Source of the DNA: Alphaproteobacteria bacterium
Lineage (GTDB): Bacteria > Pseudomonadota > Alphaproteobacteria > UBA828
DNA length: 64,000 nucleotides
Reading direction: 5' to 3'
Assembly (NCBI GenBank): GCA_965214705.1
Contig: CBDCCI010000002.1
Coordinates: forward strand, 1,376,001-1,440,000
Within the stretch, counting starts at the first letter, position 1. Each line of letters starts with the position of its first letter. Positions 58,435-64,000 of this stretch are shown here, in pieces. The notes below the pieces were generated by a model. It was given only the letters and a program-made list of their open reading frames with translations. It did not search any database and had not been told where the DNA came from. A program made the position numbers and the translations under genes.

Positions 58435-61400
58435 TCACATGCTCCACGACCGCCCCCTGTCGCGGCTCCGCGACTGGGCCTGATGCTGCGGCGAGAGGCG
58501 GTCCATCCGCGACATCGAGTCGGCCACGGGTTCCACGAAGTCTTCCCCGCGCTTGAGGTGGACGCCGTAGGTCCCGGGATCGTCGAGGATCACCCTGCCC
58601 TCCCGGCGCAGGCGCTCGTTCCGCTCCAGCCAGTCCGGCCAGGCGCGCAGGGTGACGATCCGCACGTCGAGCGCCCTGGCGCGGCGCCTCAGCCTGTGGA
58701 AGCGCTTCCAGTGCTCGTCGGAGGCCTTGAGCCAATTCCTCACGTGGGTGCGCGCGCGCACGTGCGCGCGGTAACTGTCAACCATCGTTTGAAGTTGCCG
58801 GCGCGGCTCGGCAGGAACTCGCTGGTTCTCGGCGAACTCGGCGATGCGCTCGATCAGTGCGGCGGCGCCGTCGAGATCGTAAGGGGAGATGCCGGTCCGT
58901 TCCGCGCGTGCGCGATGCAGGTTCCAGTCGAGGCGCAGGAGCCGGTATTCGACTCCCGAAAGCGGCGACGGCACCGCGTTGTTCGCCTGACCTGTGGCTG
59001 CGGGGCGCTTCGGCGTGCGGGCCGGGGGGCGAGCCTCTGTCTCGACCGGCTTCTCCGCGCGGCTGGCCTGCTGCGCCTCCTGCGAGCGCTCCGGCGGGCG
59101 AGCCGCCACCTCCACAGGCGCCTGCGTGCGTTGCGGCTCCTGCGAGCGCTCCGGCTCGGCCCGCCGTGCGTGCGCGGCCTTGCCGGTGACAGAGCGGCGG
59201 TAGCTGCCCGCCCGGGCATAGACTTGCCCGAGCTCCTCGATCTCGCCTTGGCCGATACCGGCGCGCTCGGCCAGCAGGCGCTCGAAGACCTGCGGCCGGG
59301 CACTGAAGGATGCTGCCTGCCTCATCAGTGCGCCGTGGCGGTCGAGGGTCTCGCGGAAAGCCGGGCTCAGCGCCACGGCGTCGCCGTCCGCTCGGGTTCT
59401 CTGGCGCAGATCATCCCACGTCGACAGCACCCGCGTCCGCTCGGCGGCGAATGCGTCCACCGCCGCGCCGTGGCGCCAGCCGACGACCGCGTGGCGGATT
59501 TCTTCGGCAATGCGCACGATCGCATTGTCGTTCGCAGCAGAATGGCGCGCTTCGGTCGCCTCCCCACTCCCGCCGCCGGGAACGTCGTGCCCTCTGCCGT
59601 TCGATCGGCCGCCGCCGTTGCCGCCGCCGGCCCGCGCACCTTTCCTCGCATCCTGCCATGCGCCGTGCGAGACGTAGTCGAGCGCCGCCTCCTTGGGCAC
59701 GGACCGCGACCAGCGCTCGGCCAGGTACGCCCGCACATCCGAGTCCGTCACCGGCAAATCGGCCTGATCCTCCGGGCGGCGCTCGGCGATGTCGAAGGCC
59801 AGAGGAGAGCGGTTGACATAGATGTCGATGCCCTCCCGGTGCCGGGTGGCCGCCGGATAGATCGTCTCCCGTGCCGGCCGGTCGTCCACCAGCAAGAAGG
59901 CGCGGTCCACGGTCAACCCCTGGGCCGACGCGATGGTCATCGCATAGCCGTAGTCGAGGCGGATGTTGTCGTGCCAGTCACGGATTTCGTCGTGGCGGAA
60001 CGAGACGCGCCTGCCGTCGTCCGTGCGCGCGGTGATGTGAACGGAGTTCTGCGGCTCGGAGCGGCCTGTGTCCGCATGCGGCGGCCGTCCGCCGGCTCGC
60101 CGGTTCCGGGCCTTGCGCGTGACCGCCGTGTCCTCCGCGCGCTTTACTTCGAGATCCTCGACGGTGACGACGGTGCCGTTGAAGAGCTGCTTCTCCCACT
60201 GCGTGGAGCCAATGCGGATGCGGTCGCCCACCGCGATCTCCAGCGGCTCCGTCACCCGCCCGTCCAGGTCCCGGCTCACCTCGACGACCGCGCGCTTGGC
60301 ATCGGGGGCCTGCGCGAGCATGCGCTCCCGCATCAGCCACGACAGCGCCCGTCCCTCCGCCTTCGTGCGCGCGAGCACGACGGTGGAGGTGCCAGGCTCG
60401 TGCTTCACATGGCGCTCCCAGTCGTCCACCAGACGGGTCAGCGTCTTCTCTTCGTCGTGGCAGAGATGGAGCCGGTTGCGCAGATGCCAGGCCTCGATCG
60501 CCTGCTCCGCCTCCCCGTCCCTGAGCGCTTCCGAGACCGCCACCTGCCACGGCGTGAACAGGGGTTTCTTCTCCATCGCCTCGTACTCGGCGAGGATGGC
60601 GTCGCGCTCCTGCGGGTTGGTCAGGCCCGCCCGGAAGCGTGCCTGCTCGGGCCTCTCCTTGTGGACGTGTGTGAGCACGTCCTCGAGGTCCGCCTTCTGG
60701 CGCCTGATGCGGTCGACGCGGATGCTGCCTGCGACGTCCCGGATCAACCGCAACCCCGGCCCCGCCTCCACCGGCTGCTGCTGCCGGGTGTCGCCCGCGA
60801 ACACCACCTTTGCGCCGTGGCGCTCCGAGAGCTGCAAAATGTGATGAGCCTGCCGGGTCGATAGCATCCCCGCCTCGTCCACCACGATCAGCGTGCGCTT
60901 GCCGATCTCCACCTGCCCCTTCGCCGCGAGCTTGAGGAGCTTGTCGACGCAGTAGGCGCGCGCGTCGCAGTCGTCGCCCAGAGCGACGGCGGTCCGCCAC
61001 GCCACCGCCGTCGGTACGATCTCGTAGCCGTGCTCCTTGTGAAGGTCCGTGATGGGGCGAAGCGTGGTGGTCTTGCCCGAGCCCGCCGCCCCCTCGATCA
61101 CCGCCACGCGTCCGCTCTTCACGGTGGCGTGGCGGATCGCCAGCGACTGCTCCTGGCTCAGCGGATAACCGTCAGCCAAGAGGGTCTCCACCTTCTCCTT
61201 CACCGCCTGTTCCGGCGGGCCATGACCGCTATCGGCGGCCATGGCCTCCGCCATGTCGCGCACCGCCTGCTCCAGGCCGAGATTGTGCCGGGTGGAATAA
61301 ATCTCGGTGTGGACCATCCCTGCCTTGGATTCTGCGGTCGGCTTCTTGGGCTCAAGGCGCTCGATCTCCGGGTTGCGGCGCAGACGCTCGATCGCCGTGC

Positions 61401-62490
61401 CCACCGCCTCCCGGCCCATGAGGTCTGCCGCCGCGTTGGCCGCCGCCTCCACCATGTCAGGGCGCCGGAACACTGCTTCCTCGCGCGCCAGGTGGGCAGG
61501 AAGATCGTCGAGCCGGCCGGTCAGCTCACGGATTTGCTCTTGCCCAATCTTGACCTCGTGGCCGGTGACTGCAGCGATCAGCTCCTCGCGCTCGACATAA
61601 CCCTCGGCCTCGCCCCGCCAGCGGCGGTGTCTGACCTCGGGGTCGTTGTCGTGCGACTTGCCCTCGCGCGTGAGCTTGTTCACCCCCGCCATGCGGGCAG
61701 CATTGCCCAATGACGGGACGCCCAGCTCCCCGGCTCTGGCGACGATCGCCTTGCGGCGCTTCGACCAGAAGGATTGCAAGTCCTCCGGCATGCCTTCGAT
61801 GCGCGTGAACTCGGCATTCGGGCCGTACTGCTCGATCCGCACCCCAAGGTTCTGTTGCAGCTCCCACGCCACATAGGCCCGGAACAGAGCGCCCGCCGCC
61901 TTCTTCCAGCTGTAGACCGGGTACTGGTGATGCGCCCGCCACTTGCCGTCCTCGCGGGTCCTGGCCACGTTGAAGATCGTGCAGTGGACGTGAAGCTGCG
62001 GATCGTTCTCCCGGCTGGTGCCGTGGACGAAGGTGGCGCCCATCAGGTCCGCCTCCACCGGCCGGGTCACCCTCTTCTCGCTCATACGGGTGTAGCTGCA
62101 ATGCTTCAGCACCGTGTCTTCGAGCGCCGCCCTGGCGGCGGCCACCGCCATCGCCTCGATCCGCTCGCGCATCTCCGGCTCGGCGATGGCCCAGAGCGAG
62201 GACATGCTCTTGTCGACCGAGAACGTCATGTCGATGCCGGGGGAGCGGTCCGGGTTGCCGGCGCGCTGCACCAGCTTGCCGGAGCCGTCGGGAGCGAAGC
62301 CCGAGTAGAGGCGGTGGAAGTGGCCGGAATCCACCTTGCCGCCGTCCTCAAGGCCGAACAGGCTCTTGGGATTGAACCAGGTGCCGTCAGGCTCCTCTCC
62401 GGCCGTGTAGTACTCGTTGGGGTGCCGGAAGGAGCGCTGGCTCTCCAGATAGTACTCGGCAGAGGCCATCTGCCCGATGGTGGCTACCAT
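58435..62490 (-). CDS. Second MOBF relaxase-helicase, paralogue of 20082-24446
   Basis: MVATIGQMASAEYYLESQRSFRHPNEYY, HGTSRENDPQLHVH and GAAGSGKTT. The C-terminus is divergent. Confidence 0.93.
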   Translation of the reverse strand: MVATIGQMASAEYYLESQRSFRHPNEYYTAGEEPDGTWFNPKSLFGLEDGGKVDSGHFHRLYSGFAPDGSGKLVQRAGNPDRSPGIDMTFSVDKSMSSLWAIAEPEMRERIEAMAVAAARAALEDTVLKHCSYTRMSEKRVTRPVEADLMGATFVHGTSRENDPQLHVHCTIFNVARTREDGKWRAHHQYPVYSWKKAAGALFRAYVAWELQQNLGVRIEQYGPNAEFTRIEGMPEDLQSFWSKRRKAIVARAGELGVPSLGNAARMAGVNKLTREGKSHDNDPEVRHRRWRGEAEGYVEREELIAAVTGHEVKIGQEQIRELTGRLDDLPAHLAREEAVFRRPDMVEAAANAAADLMGREAVGTAIERLRRNPEIERLEPKKPTAESKAGMVHTEIYSTRHNLGLEQAVRDMAEAMAADSGHGPPEQAVKEKVETLLADGYPLSQEQSLAIRHATVKSGRVAVIEGAAGSGKTTTLRPITDLHKEHGYEIVPTAVAWRTAVALGDDCDARAYCVDKLLKLAAKGQVEIGKRTLIVVDEAGMLSTRQAHHILQLSERHGAKVVFAGDTRQQQPVEAGPGLRLIRDVAGSIRVDRIRRQKADLEDVLTHVHKERPEQARFRAGLTNPQERDAILAEYEAMEKKPLFTPWQVAVSEALRDGEAEQAIEAWHLRNRLHLCHDEEKTLTRLVDDWERHVKHEPGTSTVVLARTKAEGRALSWLMRERMLAQAPDAKRAVVEVSRDLDGRVTEPLEIAVGDRIRIGSTQWEKQLFNGTVVTVEDLEVKRAEDTAVTRKARNRRAGGRPPHADTGRSEPQNSVHITARTDDGRRVSFRHDEIRDWHDNIRLDYGYAMTIASAQGLTVDRAFLLVDDRPARETIYPAATRHREGIDIYVNRSPLAFDIAERRPEDQADLPVTDSDVRAYLAERWSRSVPKEAALDYVSHGAWQDARKGARAGGGNGGGRSNGRGHDVPGGGSGEATEARHSAANDNAIVRIAEEIRHAVVGWRHGAAVDAFAAERTRVLSTWDDLRQRTRADGDAVALSPAFRETLDRHGALMRQAASFSARPQVFERLLAERAGIGQGEIEELGQVYARAGSYRRSVTGKAAHARRAEPERSQEPQRTQAPVEVAARPPERSQEAQQASRAEKPVETEARPPARTPKRPAATGQANNAVPSPLSGVEYRLLRLDWNLHRARAERTGISPYDLDGAAALIERIAEFAENQRVPAEPRRQLQTMVDSYRAHVRARTHVRNWLKASDEHWKRFHRLRRRARALDVRIVTLRAWPDWLERNERLRREGRVILDDPGTYGVHLKRGEDFVEPVADSMSRMDRLSPQHQAQSRSRDRGRSWSM

Positions 62491-62697
62491 GGCGGGCGGT
62501 TCCCGAGCCGTTGGGCGAGCACGTTCATGACCGCCGGGGCCTGGCTCTCGGAACTCGGCGCCGCCAGCCTCTCATGGCCGGCTGCGACTGCGTGAAGAGG
62601 CACGCCAGGTCCTTGTATAGGTCTTGTATCGTTCAGCCTGCATGGGCCGGTCAGGCGACTCCGGCTCGCTCGCGCAAGCGCCAGCTTGCACAGGCGT

Positions 62698-62749
62698 GCA
62701 AAGCTATCTATTCCCTGATGTGCGCAAAGCTATCTATTCCCTGATGTGC
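62698..62749. repeat. Perfect 26-bp tandem duplication in the putative oriT region of element 2
   Basis: GCAAAGCTATCTATTCCCTGATGTGC at 62698-62723 and 62724-62749. Confidence 0.85.
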
Positions 62750-63589
62750 TTCGCTCACGATGAGGTACATCATATAGTGGGTCGCCCGAAGGGGAGAACT
62801 AGGAGTAGCATCAGGTCGGGCGCGGCACCTGATCGATGCGCCGTCCTGGATGGCAAGGTGGGGCCGTATGGCGCTCATTCGTAACTGCTTGAGGCTGTTG
62901 AGATAATCGAGGCGTCGGGCGATGGTGCCGAGGCGGTACGATTCAGCGGGGATGGGCGGCAAGGCGATGCGGTCGTTTTGGCGGCCTGTGCGAACCACTA
63001 TGAGCACCATTGATGAGCGGGCTGGCTGCCAGAGCGTAGGCTCGAGCGACGGTCCGGGGGCATGGTGCTGATGATCACCATGCGATTTGCAGAGGCAAAT
63101 TGGCATCGGAGAGCTTCGGCGCGAGGCGAGAGAGTGGAGCGCAAGCGAAGGCGGAGCGGAGCGACGCATCGCCAGGCGCGAGGCGACCACGGTGGGGTGA
63201 TGCTGGCCATTCTGGCGATGGCGCGTAGTGCCGAGCGCTGGGTGGCGATGCCGTCCGCAGGACAGCGACCCGTGATCGGCGCATTGACCTTCAACTATAG
63301 GGAGAGGCTGCGAGCATTGGGCGACGGTGCGCAGCACCGAGCTGAAGCGTCCAACGTCACGACACTCGGGACTAGCGCGAACGACGAAGGCGCAAAGCAC
63401 CGGGTCATGAAGCGCGACACGGTTGCCGGGGGCGGCAGAAGATCGATCATGGGAGGGAGCGAAGCCGCGAAGCAGCGAGCGCGCTGTCGCGATGAAGGCG
63501 TCTGGCTTTGTAAGCTCGTCGGAGAAGTGGCGAACCCGACCGCCGGACTGCTGAACCGAGCCGCGACTGCGGCTACGCTAATGAGACGG

Positions 63590-64000
63590 TCAACCGGCGG
63601 CCAGGTGATGCGCAACGCGCAGTGCTTGTGCAGCGATGGTGAGAGAGGGGTTTACGGCAGCTGAACTCGGTAGAAAACTGGCATCAACGACGTACAGGTT
63701 TGGGTGGTCGAAACTCCTGCAAAAGGGATCGAGTGCCGCCTTCGCGGGATCGTTACCCATCCGAACAGTGCCGCACTGATGGGACGGTGCGCCGCTGTCG
63801 AAGGGCTTGGTGAGAATGAGCTGGTAACCCGCGCGGCGAAATATGCGGTGCATGCGATCGACGAGGAGCCCGTGGGCCTTCAGGTTAGTCGGCCGCCAGT
63901 CGAGGACGATGTGGCTGCCCTCCAGCAGGACGCGGCTTTCCGATGACGGCAGATCCTCGCTCATGAGATACCAATCGAGCGCTCGTCGACAGACCGGACG
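63590..64000 (-). CDS. GMC-family oxidoreductase, C-terminal part (runs off the window)
   Basis: SHQCGTVRMG, NLYVVDASFLPSSAAVNPSLTIAAQALR. Confidence 0.9.
   Translation of the reverse strand, partial: RPVCRRALDWYLMSEDLPSSESRVLLEGSHIVLDWRPTNLKAHGLLVDRMHRIFRRAGYQLILTKPFDSGAPSHQCGTVRMGNDPAKAALDPFCRSFDHPNLYVVDASFLPSSAAVNPSLTIAAQALRVAHHLAAG

Overview
A GC-rich, mostly accessory window (probably Proteobacterial, Alphaproteobacteria-like by inference) with ordinary metabolic genes at its edges: a 2OG-Fe(II) oxygenase and a Rieske oxygenase on the left, and a GMC oxidoreductase on the right. About 7-24.5 kb is a mobilisable element backbone: AlpA, VirD4, CI-like repressor, VapBC, IHF, SSB, DUF2493 and a MOBF relaxase. 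A second, related MOBF relaxase faces it at 58.4-62.5 kb. Between them lie a parDE module split by a tyrosine-recombinase/IS91 element, a complete type I-E CRISPR-Cas locus (30 repeats, 29 spacers, split by an IS1634), prophage fragments, an IS21, an IS5, more IS1634 copies, an ORF-less group II intron and a signal-peptide catalase-peroxidase. Three observations stand out. (1) A hidden CRISPR-like mini-array between cas3 and cse1 has a 32-nt guide matching the cascade promoter next to an AAC PAM, with early mismatches only at positions 6 and 12, and a 71-aa ORF runs through it. (2) The last, perfect CRISPR repeat is fused directly into a truncated phage tail gene region. (3) The group II intron's EBS1/EBS2 are complementary to the IS1634 terminal inverted repeat it has invaded. 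All calls come from motif recognition by eye, with no database searches, and start codons are best guesses.
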